Source: Sulfurospirillaceae bacterium (GTDB lineage Bacteria; Campylobacterota; Campylobacteria; Campylobacterales; Sulfurospirillaceae). Taken from it: DNA of 64,000 nucleotides. The notes beneath the pieces were generated by a model. That model ran no database searches. It saw only the letters and a list, made by a program, of their open reading frames with translations, and was not told the origin of the DNA. The stretch spans positions 64,001 to 128,000 of the forward strand of contig JAWVXD010000005.1 in the NCBI GenBank assembly GCA_033723415.1. Direction: 5' to 3'. The position numbers and the translations under genes were made by a program. This document shows positions 50,901-60,198 of the stretch, in pieces (the stretch's first letter is position 1; the number at the start of each line of letters is the position of its first letter).

Positions 50901-52366
50901 AATGCAGCTAATGGAGTATCATCACCCATAGAGCCTACACCATCTTTCCCATCTTGCATCATAGGACTTATAACCATATTTTTAAACTCTTGCGTTATGT
51001 TAAAGAATCTCTGTTTTAGTTCCAGATCTTTCATATCATAATCACTTACATTTTCAAATGGCATATCTACAAATTCTTGTAAATATGTAAGGTTTTCATT
51101 AAGCCATGTTCCATATGGTTTGGAAGTTTTTATATAATCATCGACATCATCATTTTTGAGTATTTTACAGTACTTTAAGTCAACACCGATTATTTGTCCA
51201 CTTTGCAGCCTTCCTTTCTCTAATATTTCACTATCATCTATATCTAGCACTCCATATTCACTAGAGATCAAGATCCTCTCATCCTTTGTTATTATATACT
51301 TTGCGGGCCTTAAACCATTCCTATCCAAAACACAGGCAATATATCTTCCATCAGTAAAAGATATCGCGGCAGGACCGTCCCAAGGATCAAAATTTATACT
51401 AGAATATTCATAAAAAGATCTGAGCTCACTATCTATATGTGGAGCATTCTGCCAAGGCATAGGGATTAAAGATCTAATAGTCTTAAAGAAATCATATCCG
51501 TTTGCTATCATGAACTCAAACATATGGTCTAAACTTGCACTATCACTAACGTCATCACTGGTAATAGGAAATAGCTTATCAAGTTCTTGTTGTGAAAAAA
51601 CCTCACTTTTAAGGGAATTTCTTCTTGCTTTTATATTGAATCTATTTGCTGATATAGAATTTATTTCACCGTTGTGCGCAAGCATTCTAAACGGCTGAGC
51701 CAGCTTCCATTGAGGTAAAGTATTTGTTGAAAATCTTTGATGAAAAAGTGCAAACTTTGTTTTAAAGCTTTCATCACCCAAGTCCAAGAAGAATGATTTG
51801 ATGTATACAGGCATCACCAAACCTTTATATGATATTACCTTACTTGAAAATGATGCTATATAAAAATCTTTGTGCTTCTCCAATGCTTTTTCTATCTCTT
51901 TTCTACTTAGATATAAAAGAGCTTCAAATCTTTTGGTCGCTATCATAGATGAAGGTGTAACAAAAATCTGAACAATATTCGGCAATAACTCTAAAGCTTG
52001 TTCTCCCAATGCTTTTGTATCGACAGGGACATCTCTAAATAATATAACTTTCAAATCATTTTTTTCACAAATTTCAGTAAATACGTCTTTGTCTTTTTCA
52101 TCTTTCATAAAAACCATAGCTACAGCAAACTGCTTTGGAAGATCGACATTTAGTTTTCTTGCTTCTTTTTTCATAAATTCAGTAGGCAATGAAAACAAAA
52201 GCCCACTTCCGTCTCCACTTTTACCATCAGCAGCTATCGCACCTCTATGCATCATCCTCTCTAGAGCTGTAATGGCATCTTGCGTATTTTTGTAAGTTGA
52301 AACATTATTTATATTTGCAAGAAGTCCAAAACCACAGTTATCTTTAAAGCCAGTAATAAGATCCAT
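47942..52366 (-). CDS. gltB: Glutamate synthase large subunit
   Basis: CGFG N-terminal nucleophile, HQRFSTNT, QGAKPGEGG and CHLNRC motifs. Confidence 0.98.
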   Translation of the reverse strand: MDLITGFKDNCGFGLLANINNVSTYKNTQDAITALERMMHRGAIAADGKSGDGSGLLFSLPTEFMKKEARKLNVDLPKQFAVAMVFMKDEKDKDVFTEICEKNDLKVILFRDVPVDTKALGEQALELLPNIVQIFVTPSSMIATKRFEALLYLSRKEIEKALEKHKDFYIASFSSKVISYKGLVMPVYIKSFFLDLGDESFKTKFALFHQRFSTNTLPQWKLAQPFRMLAHNGEINSISANRFNIKARRNSLKSEVFSQQELDKLFPITSDDVSDSASLDHMFEFMIANGYDFFKTIRSLIPMPWQNAPHIDSELRSFYEYSSINFDPWDGPAAISFTDGRYIACVLDRNGLRPAKYIITKDERILISSEYGVLDIDDSEILEKGRLQSGQIIGVDLKYCKILKNDDVDDYIKTSKPYGTWLNENLTYLQEFVDMPFENVSDYDMKDLELKQRFFNITQEFKNMVISPMMQDGKDGVGSMGDDTPLAAFSQKQRSFTDYFKQKFAQVTNPPIDPIREKIVMSLNTGFGELSNILDEKPQHSMRIKTISPILMQEKIEVLQSFGDASKPRYKENFKGKTFSTLFDDNLKGSLEDLAYDVIEAVLKEKVRIVYLDDRGMDSVKKPIPMAMCVGKINEILLENGVRDLISIVAISGEALDSHSCACMIGFGASAIYPYMLYATTLVESKEKGLSTYEIKTNLKNVNNALNQGLLKIMSKMGISTISSYRNSALFDTIGLSKEIIDSCFRGVYALLPGLGFDDIEDRLQRNHKNAYSLNLSKRLFPLEIGGYYKYLDGSEYHDYSPNIVHSVHKMAESGEREDYDTFANLINNRDKKMIRDFFVLKSDKDPIDIEKVEPIEEIFKRFNTAAMSLGSISPEAHEALAEAMNRIGAMSNCGEGGEDSARLKSNKNSKIKQIASGRFGVTPEYLRSATEIQIKVAQGAKPGEGGQLPGHKVSNLIAKLRYTVPGVTLISPPPHHDIYSIEDLAQLIFDLKQVNPDATITVKLVSTAGVGTIAAGVAKAYADKIIISGGDGGTGAAPLGSIKSAGNPWEIGLSEAHNALKANHLRSKVHLQTDGGLKTGLDIVKAALLGAESYAFGTLALTLLGCKILRICHLNRCSVGIATQNEKLREYFIGNVDKLVNFFTFIAQDIREILAKLGYERMEDIIGRSDLLEIIDDEFAKKFDFSSVLMRVDGINTYGNVPNHPFDQNEFEKEILKEVYKVIENPEQLIVVNRTIKNTNRSFGTLISGEIAKYYGNNGLKENSIILKLTGTAGQSLGAFLTNGISISLVGSANDYVGKGMNGGKIVITPSVQKENYSCAGNTCLYGATGGKLFVAGVVGERFCVRNSGAKAVVEGTGDHACEYMTGGVVVILGNTGVNFGAGMTGGIAFVYDKNRDFIDKLNQELVVAVRVDIDEMDEAKHFLKKLLRNHINETDSLKAKLIIEDFRHNVRDFWMVMPKDMTKIPLNPEEGD

Positions 52367-52515
52367 TTAGCAACCTTTTAAAATATTTAAGATGATGAAT
52401 ATATCCTAAATATCCTTAATAAACGATAAATGTACTAAAAAGGGGCATTTAAAATAAATACATATCGAATTAACACTTAAACAAAAATAAATATTTATTT
52501 AGCTAAAATTTCACG

Positions 52516-53133
52516 ATGCAAGGATATATAATAAACATAAACAGAGCAAGAGATGAAGATCTCATAATCACTATTTTAACACAAAATCAAAAATACACAT
52601 CCTATAGATTTTATGGAGCCAGACATTCTACTATTAACTTGGGATACAAGATTGATTTTGAATTAGAACACTCTAGTAAATCATCTATTCCACAATTAAG
52701 AAATGTTCTTCATCTTGCATCCAAATGGAATGCGATGAGAGAACATATGTTTAATTGGCAACAGTATATCAGGCTTTTTTATTCGCATCTAAAAGAAATA
52801 GAAGATATAGAAAGCTTTTATTTTGATATATTGGAGACTTCATATCAAATCTGGGATAAACAAAATTCAAAAAGAGTTGCAATAGAATGCTATGTCAAAC
52901 TTTTAGAATATGAAGGTAGACTACACAATGACTTTTTGTGTTTTGAATGTGATAAAGCTATCACAGATGATGTTTCCTTGCTTAGAGCTTTCTTGCCTGC
53001 TCACAAATCTTGTATATATAAAAATAGCTATAAACTAGATCATGTAAAAGAGTTATTTGAACATAAAAGCACTCTTTTCTTTAATGATACGGATATAGAA
53101 AACCTTTGGCAAGTGCTAAATGAAGGCTTCTAA
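52516..53133 (+). CDS. recO: Campylobacterota-type recombination protein RecO
   Basis: MQGYI...EDLI...YRFYGARHS; EGRLH...CFEC...AHKSC. Confidence 0.88.
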   Translation: MQGYIININRARDEDLIITILTQNQKYTSYRFYGARHSTINLGYKIDFELEHSSKSSIPQLRNVLHLASKWNAMREHMFNWQQYIRLFYSHLKEIEDIESFYFDILETSYQIWDKQNSKRVAIECYVKLLEYEGRLHNDFLCFECDKAITDDVSLLRAFLPAHKSCIYKNSYKLDHVKELFEHKSTLFFNDTDIENLWQVLNEGF

Positions 53134-53250
53134 TTAAAAAATTATAGATTTCTCATCATGATATAAAATTAGTGCTATAATATATATAGTATTTTATTTG
53201 CTCAAATATCTAAACCTTTAATTGTTGCATAAACCCATAAAGGAGAAGAA

Positions 53251-55683
53251 ATGGAAAAGCGATATATAAAATGGTTTGAAGAGATAAGTGTCAAGGATAT
53301 CCCCGAAGTCGGTGGGAAAAATGCAAATTTAGGAGAGATGTATCAACATTTGAAACCTATTGGTGTAAATGTTCCAAACGGTTTTGCTGTTACTTCAGAA
53401 GCGTATAGATACATTTTTGACTCAAACAATCTATGGGAACCTTTAAAAAAACTCTTATACGATGATCTTAATATAGAAGATATGAAAAGTTTGCAGAAAA
53501 TTAGTAAGAAATGTAAAAGACTTATTGAAGAAGCTATAATACCTTCTGATCTTAGTGATGAGATATTAGATAATTATGCAAAACTAAAAATACAATATGG
53601 TAATGACCTAAGACTTGCCGTTCGCTCATCTGCTACGGCTGAAGATTCTAAAGAAGCTTCATTTGCAGGGCAAAACGAAACATACCTCAACATAGGCAGT
53701 AAAAAAGCACTTTTAAGTGCATATAAACGCTGCATTGCATCAAATTTTGAAGCAAGAAGTATCCATTATAAACACACACATGATTTTGACTATTTGAAAG
53801 TATATGTTTCGGTTGTTGTCATGAAGATGGTCAGAAGTGATAAAGCTACAAGCGGAGTAATATTTAGCATAGATACAGAAACAGGTTTTGAGGATGTAGT
53901 CTTTATCAATGCCGCATACGGTTTAGGAGAAAATGTTGTTCAAGGCACAATAGAACCGGATAGTTTTCACGTTCATAAACCAATGTTTAAAAATGGCTAC
54001 AAATCTGTACTTAAAAGAAGGCTCGGGAAAAAAGAGAAAAGAATGATTTTCTCAAAAAATGTCAACAATAAACATTTAGAAGCAAAATATACAAAAAATA
54101 TAGATACAAAGAGACAAGAACAAGATCATTATTGTATTAGTGATGAAGAAGTTCTTTTACTTACGGATTATGCTATAAAGATAGAAGATCACTACTCATC
54201 TATTTCAGGTGCACATACGCCAATGGATATAGAATGGGCAAAAGACGGATATGACGATATCATATATATAGTTCAGGCAAGACCTGAAACCGTACACTCA
54301 AGCAAAGATAAACATCTCTTAGAAACATACAATCTAAAACAAACATCTAACATAATCACAACAGGAAATGCAATAGGGATAAAGATAGGAGCCGGAAAGG
54401 TACGAATAGCAAAAAACGTACGTGAGCTAAAAGATTTTAAACAAGGTGATGTACTCGTTGCTGATACTACAAGTCCTGATTGGGAGCCAATTATGAAATT
54501 AGCATCAGCCATAGTAACTAACCATGGAGGCAGAACTTGTCATGCAGCTATTATTAGTCGTGAGCTTGGAGTTCCTGCTGTTGTCGGCACAAAAAATGCC
54601 ACAGAAGTACTTAAGAATTCACAAGAGATAACCGTAAGTTGCGCCGAGGGAGAGATTGGCAACATTTACGAAGGCATGCTTGAATTTGAAATTATAAAAA
54701 CCGATCTGGGTAAAATTAAAGAACAACCTATAAAAATAATGATGAATTTGGCAAATCCAGACCTTGCATTTTCACTCTCTTCTCTTCCTGTCAACGGAAT
54801 AGGATTAGCAAGAATGGAATTTATAATCAGCACTTACATAAAAGCTCATCCTATGGCAATTGTACATCCTGAAAAACTTGACAAAAAAACAAATAAAAAA
54901 CTTGATAATATCACTAAGGCTTACAAGTCAAAAGAAGATTTTTTTATCAAAACTTTATCTGAAGGTATAGCAACTATAGCAGCGTCAGTTTACCCGGATC
55001 CTTGTATAGTGCGGATGAGTGATTTTAAATCAAATGAATATGCAAACCTAATTGGAGGAAAAGTTTTTGAGATAGAAGAAGAAAATCCAATGATAGGCTT
55101 TAGAGGTGCTGCAAGATATTCACATCCGGCTTATGAAGAAGGGTTTGAGTTAGAGTGTAAAGCCATGAAAAGAGTAAGAGAAGAAATGGGCTTTACAAAT
55201 GTAATCTTAATGATTCCATTTTGCAGGAGGGTTCAAGAAGGACAACAAGTTATTGATACTATGAAAAAATATGGACTAAAACGAGGAGAAAATGGGCTGT
55301 TGGTATATGTAATGTGCGAGATTCCAAATAATGTAATTTCGATAGACGAATTTAGCAAAGTTTTTGACGGTTTTAGTATAGGAAGTAACGATCTAACTCA
55401 ACTCACTTTAGGTGTGGATAGAGACAGTGAAATCGTAGCATTTGATTATGACGAAAGAGACAGCGGTGTTTTACAAATGATAAAATTGGCAGTTGAAGGA
55501 GCAAAGCGCAACAACTGCTATAGTGGAATATGCGGTCAAGCTCCTTCTGATTATCCTGAGGTAGCCAAATACCTGCTTGAGCTAGGTATAGACTCGATAA
55601 GTCTAAATCCTGATAGCGTTCTGAGTATCATTCAAACTCTTGATAAGGTCAAAAAAAAGAAAAGTAAAAATTCACTCGTCTAG
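53251..55683 (+). CDS. ppsA: Phosphoenolpyruvate synthase
   Basis: VGGKNA, AVRSSATAED, GGRTCHAAI, SIGSNDLTQ and GICGQ motifs. Confidence 0.97.
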   Translation: MEKRYIKWFEEISVKDIPEVGGKNANLGEMYQHLKPIGVNVPNGFAVTSEAYRYIFDSNNLWEPLKKLLYDDLNIEDMKSLQKISKKCKRLIEEAIIPSDLSDEILDNYAKLKIQYGNDLRLAVRSSATAEDSKEASFAGQNETYLNIGSKKALLSAYKRCIASNFEARSIHYKHTHDFDYLKVYVSVVVMKMVRSDKATSGVIFSIDTETGFEDVVFINAAYGLGENVVQGTIEPDSFHVHKPMFKNGYKSVLKRRLGKKEKRMIFSKNVNNKHLEAKYTKNIDTKRQEQDHYCISDEEVLLLTDYAIKIEDHYSSISGAHTPMDIEWAKDGYDDIIYIVQARPETVHSSKDKHLLETYNLKQTSNIITTGNAIGIKIGAGKVRIAKNVRELKDFKQGDVLVADTTSPDWEPIMKLASAIVTNHGGRTCHAAIISRELGVPAVVGTKNATEVLKNSQEITVSCAEGEIGNIYEGMLEFEIIKTDLGKIKEQPIKIMMNLANPDLAFSLSSLPVNGIGLARMEFIISTYIKAHPMAIVHPEKLDKKTNKKLDNITKAYKSKEDFFIKTLSEGIATIAASVYPDPCIVRMSDFKSNEYANLIGGKVFEIEEENPMIGFRGAARYSHPAYEEGFELECKAMKRVREEMGFTNVILMIPFCRRVQEGQQVIDTMKKYGLKRGENGLLVYVMCEIPNNVISIDEFSKVFDGFSIGSNDLTQLTLGVDRDSEIVAFDYDERDSGVLQMIKLAVEGAKRNNCYSGICGQAPSDYPEVAKYLLELGIDSISLNPDSVLSIIQTLDKVKKKKSKNSLV

Positions 55684-56427
55684 ATATTCTTCCGCGCAGA
55701 AGCTGGAAACATTAATATTTTCAAAGGATTTTTTTAGCGAAGTGAAAAGTTCATTGTTTTCTTTTTCCATATTTGCCAACATCTCTTTTGTTTTTGCTCT
55801 GGCGATTGGCATCTTTACGTCAAATCTCATAGCAGGGCAAGCTTCATCTGATATAGGATCTATATTGATCTCTTTGGCTTGTTCTATCAGTTGTCTCTCT
55901 CTAATATGGATAAATGGTCTTATGATCTTTAAACCATTTTTAGATGTATAGATAGGAGGCATAGATCTTAATGCTCCATTGTATGAAAAATTCATAAAAA
56001 AGCTCTCAACCGCATCATCCAGATGATGTGCTAAAGCAACTTTATTAAAGCCATTTTCAAGTGCATATGTGTAAAGAGCTCCTCTTCTCATTCTTGAGAA
56101 GAAACTGCAAAATGAAGAATTTTCTCTTATTTTCTCTTTCGCCAAATCATATATCTTTGTATCCAATATAAAATGTGGGATATCATGTTCTTCACAATGT
56201 TTATGCAATGCTGTTAAATTTTCACCCATCCCATAGCTCACCGTCACAGCCAAAAATTCAAATTTAAAAGGTGCCACTCTTTGCATATGCTTTAATACAT
56301 GAGCCAAACATAGAGAGTCTTTTCCCCCGCTCAGCCCCAACAATATCTTATCACTTTCTTCTATTAGAGAATATCTGGCATTTGTTCTGCCGGTTATTCT
56401 TAGTAGTTTTTTACTTAGATTTATCAA
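55672..56427 (-). CDS. ttcA: tRNA 2-thiocytidine biosynthesis protein TtcA family (PP-loop)
   Basis: SGGKDS, RMRRGALY, HHLDD and IRPF motifs. Confidence 0.85.
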   Translation of the reverse strand: MINLSKKLLRITGRTNARYSLIEESDKILLGLSGGKDSLCLAHVLKHMQRVAPFKFEFLAVTVSYGMGENLTALHKHCEEHDIPHFILDTKIYDLAKEKIRENSSFCSFFSRMRRGALYTYALENGFNKVALAHHLDDAVESFFMNFSYNGALRSMPPIYTSKNGLKIIRPFIHIRERQLIEQAKEINIDPISDEACPAMRFDVKMPIARAKTKEMLANMEKENNELFTSLKKSFENINVSSFCAEEYLDE

Positions 56428-57112
56428 TTATTTTATCAACCATTCCTATTATAAAATCAGCACTTTTTTGAGACGATGTTTTTAAAAATTCATCAAAATC
56501 AAAACTTGCATCCATATCTGCAGCATCACTGATCGATCTTAAAATAAAAAACGGAACATTCAAAGAATTGCACACAAGAGCTACGGAAGCTCCTTCCATC
56601 TCTAGCGCATCAGCTTTAAATTCATCTTTTATCCAAAATTTTCTATTTTCATCATTTACAAACTGATCTCCGGTTGCAATGATCCCTTCTTTGAGAGGAA
56701 TATTCTTTTCTTCTGCAACTTTTTTTGCAATCTGAAGCAATTCTTTGTCAGCTTCTTCATAAACTGCACCCTCCGGTACAAAGCCAAAAGGATGCCCAAA
56801 TGCCGTAATATCCAAATCATGCTGAGCAAGTTTTGTAGCAACAATTAGATCACCAACTTTTAGATCTTCGCTAATAGCTCCTGCCACACCACTAAAAAGT
56901 AGCTTATCACAATTAAATTTTTCTATTAATGTCAGTGATGTTATAGCTGAAAAAACCTTACCTATTTTACTATAAGCGATCACTAGTTCAACGCCATTGT
57001 AATTTACAAAATAAAAATTATTTTTGGCATAATTTAAAATATTATAATCTTTATAATGTTTTAATAGTGGTTCAATTTCTTCCGGCATCGCTCCCATTAT
57101 CGCAATTCTCAT
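56411..57112 (-). CDS. mtnN: 5'-methylthioadenosine/S-adenosylhomocysteine nucleosidase
   Basis: GAMPEE, IGKV, GVAG, EMEGA and RSISD motifs. Confidence 0.95.
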   Translation of the reverse strand: MRIAIMGAMPEEIEPLLKHYKDYNILNYAKNNFYFVNYNGVELVIAYSKIGKVFSAITSLTLIEKFNCDKLLFSGVAGAISEDLKVGDLIVATKLAQHDLDITAFGHPFGFVPEGAVYEEADKELLQIAKKVAEEKNIPLKEGIIATGDQFVNDENRKFWIKDEFKADALEMEGASVALVCNSLNVPFFILRSISDAADMDASFDFDEFLKTSSQKSADFIIGMVDKIIDKSK

Positions 57113-57877
57113 CTATTCATATCCTCTTAGTAAATATTTTTGTGTCAGTGACAATTTTGTATCTATATTTATATTTAAAAATTCTTCATCAAACAATGCT
57201 GCTCTTTGTTCTACTTGAGCTTTTGGCGAAACCAAACAAGATCCACCCCAAAATCCAAGCCCGTCTTCAAAACCTACCCTATTTGCAAAAACAACATTTG
57301 CTCCACTTAAAAGTGCTGTTGTACTAAGAAGGGCATCCCACTGTTTTTGGATCAGCAGTCCTTCTTCTTCAAAGCCGCGAGCCGGTGAATTTGATATAAC
57401 AATAACCAGATCAGGTTTTTCATTGCTTATCTTTGCCACTGTCGAAGCATCAAATAACTCTTCACAAATCACAACAAAAGTCTTCCCAAATCTTGTATCA
57501 AAGGATTCTAGAGTTAAGCCTTTAAAAAAGTAACGAGCCTCTTGAAAGAGTCCGTAGTTTGGCAATGCAGTTTTATGGTGAATATTTTTTATTTTACCTG
57601 CTTCACAGTACACGGAACTATTGTAAAATTTATGTTTCTCTTTTATAATAGCACCAAAAACGATATCAAAAGATGAAGATAATTTTGCAAATTCTTCTAT
57701 CTCTTCTATAGTGTAAGCATCTTCAAAAACTGCATCTTTGAGCATATATCCATTTAATGCAAGTTCCGGAAATACTACTAAGTTTGTATCTGGTTCTATA
57801 TTTACCAAATACTTTTCAAACTCTTTTGATGTAATTTTTTTTAATTTTGGAGAAATTTGTGCAATCGTTAATTTCAT
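57113..57877 (-). CDS. Carbon-nitrogen hydrolase resembling the NAD synthetase glutaminase domain
   Basis: FPEL (Glu), HHK..LPNYGLFQEARYF (Lys), ICEE (Cys) and NRVG...FWGGS motifs. Confidence 0.8.
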   Translation of the reverse strand: MKLTIAQISPKLKKITSKEFEKYLVNIEPDTNLVVFPELALNGYMLKDAVFEDAYTIEEIEEFAKLSSSFDIVFGAIIKEKHKFYNSSVYCEAGKIKNIHHKTALPNYGLFQEARYFFKGLTLESFDTRFGKTFVVICEELFDASTVAKISNEKPDLVIVISNSPARGFEEEGLLIQKQWDALLSTTALLSGANVVFANRVGFEDGLGFWGGSCLVSPKAQVEQRAALFDEEFLNINIDTKLSLTQKYLLRGYE

Positions 57878-58800
57878 TTAATTTCCAAAATTGTCTTCTC
57901 CAGTGAAGCCATATCAACTATAGAATAAGTCTCTTTTGAAGTTATTTTTTTATTAATACCCTTCAAAACATTACCTCCGAATTCTATGAAACAATCCACA
58001 TTATCTTCTATTTCTTTTATAGATTGTTTGTAACGAACAGGGTTTACAAGCTGTTTTTCCAGTAAATCTATCGCTTCATCTTTGGTATCATAAGCTTTCG
58101 TAGTTACATTGGATACAATAGGTGCTGAGAAATTATCTTTTATAAATTTTTGCAGATAAATTTTGAGTTTAGGCTGAGCACTTTGCAATATTGGACAATG
58201 ACTAGCCACAGACATATTCAATAAAATTGCTCTCTTAGCACCTAAATCTTTAAAGCTTCTTTCCATATCGCTTAAGTCTGTTTTATTTCCTGCTACAACA
58301 ATTTGACCATCATTATTATAATTTGCTATCCAAATCTGTTTGCCTTTTCCTTGAGCATCAAGAACTGCAGACTCTGCTTTTTCATCACTCAATCCCAATA
58401 ATGCGAGCATTCCTGCATTTTTACCCTCACATGCCTCACTCATATACAATCCACGTTTATATACTAGCTCAACTGCATCAAGGTAGTTTAATCCCTCACT
58501 GCAACATAATGCTGAAAATTCTCCTAAAGAATGCCCTAAAAAATATTGTGGCAATTTATTAACCTGACTTGTAAACAATTTATATGCAATCACACTTACA
58601 AGTAAAATTGCAGGTTGTGCAAATTGTGTTTTTTCCAAGTCATCATTTTCACTAAACAATAATTTTGTAAAATCTATATCTAATCTATCACTAGACTTTT
58701 CAATCATTTCTCTTGCTATCTTTGAGTTATCATAGAAATCTTTTCCCATACCAACCTTTTGGCTTCCTTGTCCTGGGAATATTCCTGCAAAACTAATCAT
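57874..58800 (-). CDS. fabD: Malonyl CoA-ACP transacylase
   Basis: FPGQGSQ, GHSLGE and SVASH motifs. Confidence 0.96.
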   Translation of the reverse strand: MISFAGIFPGQGSQKVGMGKDFYDNSKIAREMIEKSSDRLDIDFTKLLFSENDDLEKTQFAQPAILLVSVIAYKLFTSQVNKLPQYFLGHSLGEFSALCCSEGLNYLDAVELVYKRGLYMSEACEGKNAGMLALLGLSDEKAESAVLDAQGKGKQIWIANYNNDGQIVVAGNKTDLSDMERSFKDLGAKRAILLNMSVASHCPILQSAQPKLKIYLQKFIKDNFSAPIVSNVTTKAYDTKDEAIDLLEKQLVNPVRYKQSIKEIEDNVDCFIEFGGNVLKGINKKITSKETYSIVDMASLEKTILEIK

Positions 58801-59558
58801 TATTTTTCCTCTTCCAATTTATATTCATTTATTTTTTTTCTAAGAGTATTTCTATTTAGACCAAATGCTTTGCTCATAGAAAGTTGTGATCCAAATTTTT
58901 TAAATCCACTTTTAATCAAAGGCACATCAAAAAGATATAATAAGTTTCTATAGTCACTCTGAGTTTCAAGCTTCTCAAATAAAAATTTTTCTAATATGTC
59001 CAGTATATCTTTTTCATTAAATGAATTTTTCAAATACGTAGAAAAGATAGACCTTCGTAAAGAATAACAATTTTCACTTAAATCTAATTCTAAATTTTTA
59101 AAATCCATACTATCTGAATTTTCACTAAACATTTGACGTGCTTCTTCATAAAACAATTTAGATAGTCCTTCGACATCTTCCAACCTTTCTTTAAGAGGAG
59201 GTATAAATATTTTGAGACTAAAAAAATCATCCTCTATCTTACTATTAAGGCTTATAGTACTTGTTGCTATGATTTTATTTTTATGTGTATTTAAAAAATT
59301 TTTAACTTTTGTAAAGTTAGGGATTTTATCAAAATTTTTGATTATCAGCTTATCATGAACTTCGATTGCATTGAGTAATTCTTGTAATTTTGATCCGTCT
59401 ATAGTAGGTGCATCCATGACATAACTTGCCAGAGTATGTTTCCCTACTCCTCTGTCACCATATATTAAAGCATTTAGATTTAAACTTTTGAGTAGATTTG
59501 CTGATTTAAGGGCTTCTACTGAAGCCCTTGATTTTGCAATGTAGCTTTTATCAACCAC
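58800..59558 (-). CDS. Degenerate sigma54-activator-like AAA protein with Fis/NtrC-type HTH and no receiver domain
   Basis: GDRGVGK, IPPLKERLED and GLNRNTLRKKI motifs; GTG at 59558 overlaps the end of slyD. Confidence 0.72.
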   Translation of the reverse strand: MVDKSYIAKSRASVEALKSANLLKSLNLNALIYGDRGVGKHTLASYVMDAPTIDGSKLQELLNAIEVHDKLIIKNFDKIPNFTKVKNFLNTHKNKIIATSTISLNSKIEDDFFSLKIFIPPLKERLEDVEGLSKLFYEEARQMFSENSDSMDFKNLELDLSENCYSLRRSIFSTYLKNSFNEKDILDILEKFLFEKLETQSDYRNLLYLFDVPLIKSGFKKFGSQLSMSKAFGLNRNTLRKKINEYKLEEEK

Positions 59559-60123
59559 AACATCCACCGTTGCTATCAGTAGAGCAACAAGAATCTTGTG
59601 TTTCTTTTTCGTCGTGACAACTGTCACCTGAACCACATCCACAACCGCCGCCTGCTGGGGCACCTACGTAACCATTTAAAATTTCATCGGATGTAGCATC
59701 TCTGACTTCTAAAACACTAAGTGAAAAAAGTAAATCTTTGCCTGCTAATGGGTGATTGAAATCAACCTTAACACTTTCATCATCAAAACTTTTTACTGTA
59801 ACTTGTACAGTACCGCCATCTTCACCTTGACCATAGAGGGTCATGCCTTCTTTTAATTCTAATCCGGCAAATTGTTCTTTTGGTAAAGATTGCACTGCAT
59901 TTTCGTCATATTCACCATATGCATCTGCTGCAGAAACTTTAATATCAGATGTGTCATCTTGTGAAAGTTTTCTGATTTCACTCTCTAGACCCGGGATAAT
60001 TTGTCCCTTTCCTACGATAAAAGATAAAGGTGCAGCTTCTAGATTAGAATCTAAAATATCTCCATTATCAGCATCTTTTAATTCGTATTGAATAGAAACA
60101 ACTTGATTTTCGTTTATAGCCAT
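59551..60123 (-). CDS. slyD: FKBP-type peptidyl-prolyl isomerase SlyD
   Basis: GQIIPGLE, AYGE and DFNHPLAGK motifs; Cys-rich tail. Confidence 0.96.
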   Translation of the reverse strand: MAINENQVVSIQYELKDADNGDILDSNLEAAPLSFIVGKGQIIPGLESEIRKLSQDDTSDIKVSAADAYGEYDENAVQSLPKEQFAGLELKEGMTLYGQGEDGGTVQVTVKSFDDESVKVDFNHPLAGKDLLFSLSVLEVRDATSDEILNGYVGAPAGGGCGCGSGDSCHDEKETQDSCCSTDSNGGCCG

Positions 60124-60198
60124 AAATTCTCCTTGCTAATATAAACGAGTGATTTTAGCATAATTTATTTTTACTTGCCCTTATAGAAAAAGAAATTG

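Noticed and set aside
59559..59663. N-terminal extension of the 58800-59663 ORF
   Set aside because: It is an alternative-frame reading of the slyD Cys/Gly tail; GTG at 59558 is the more plausible start.
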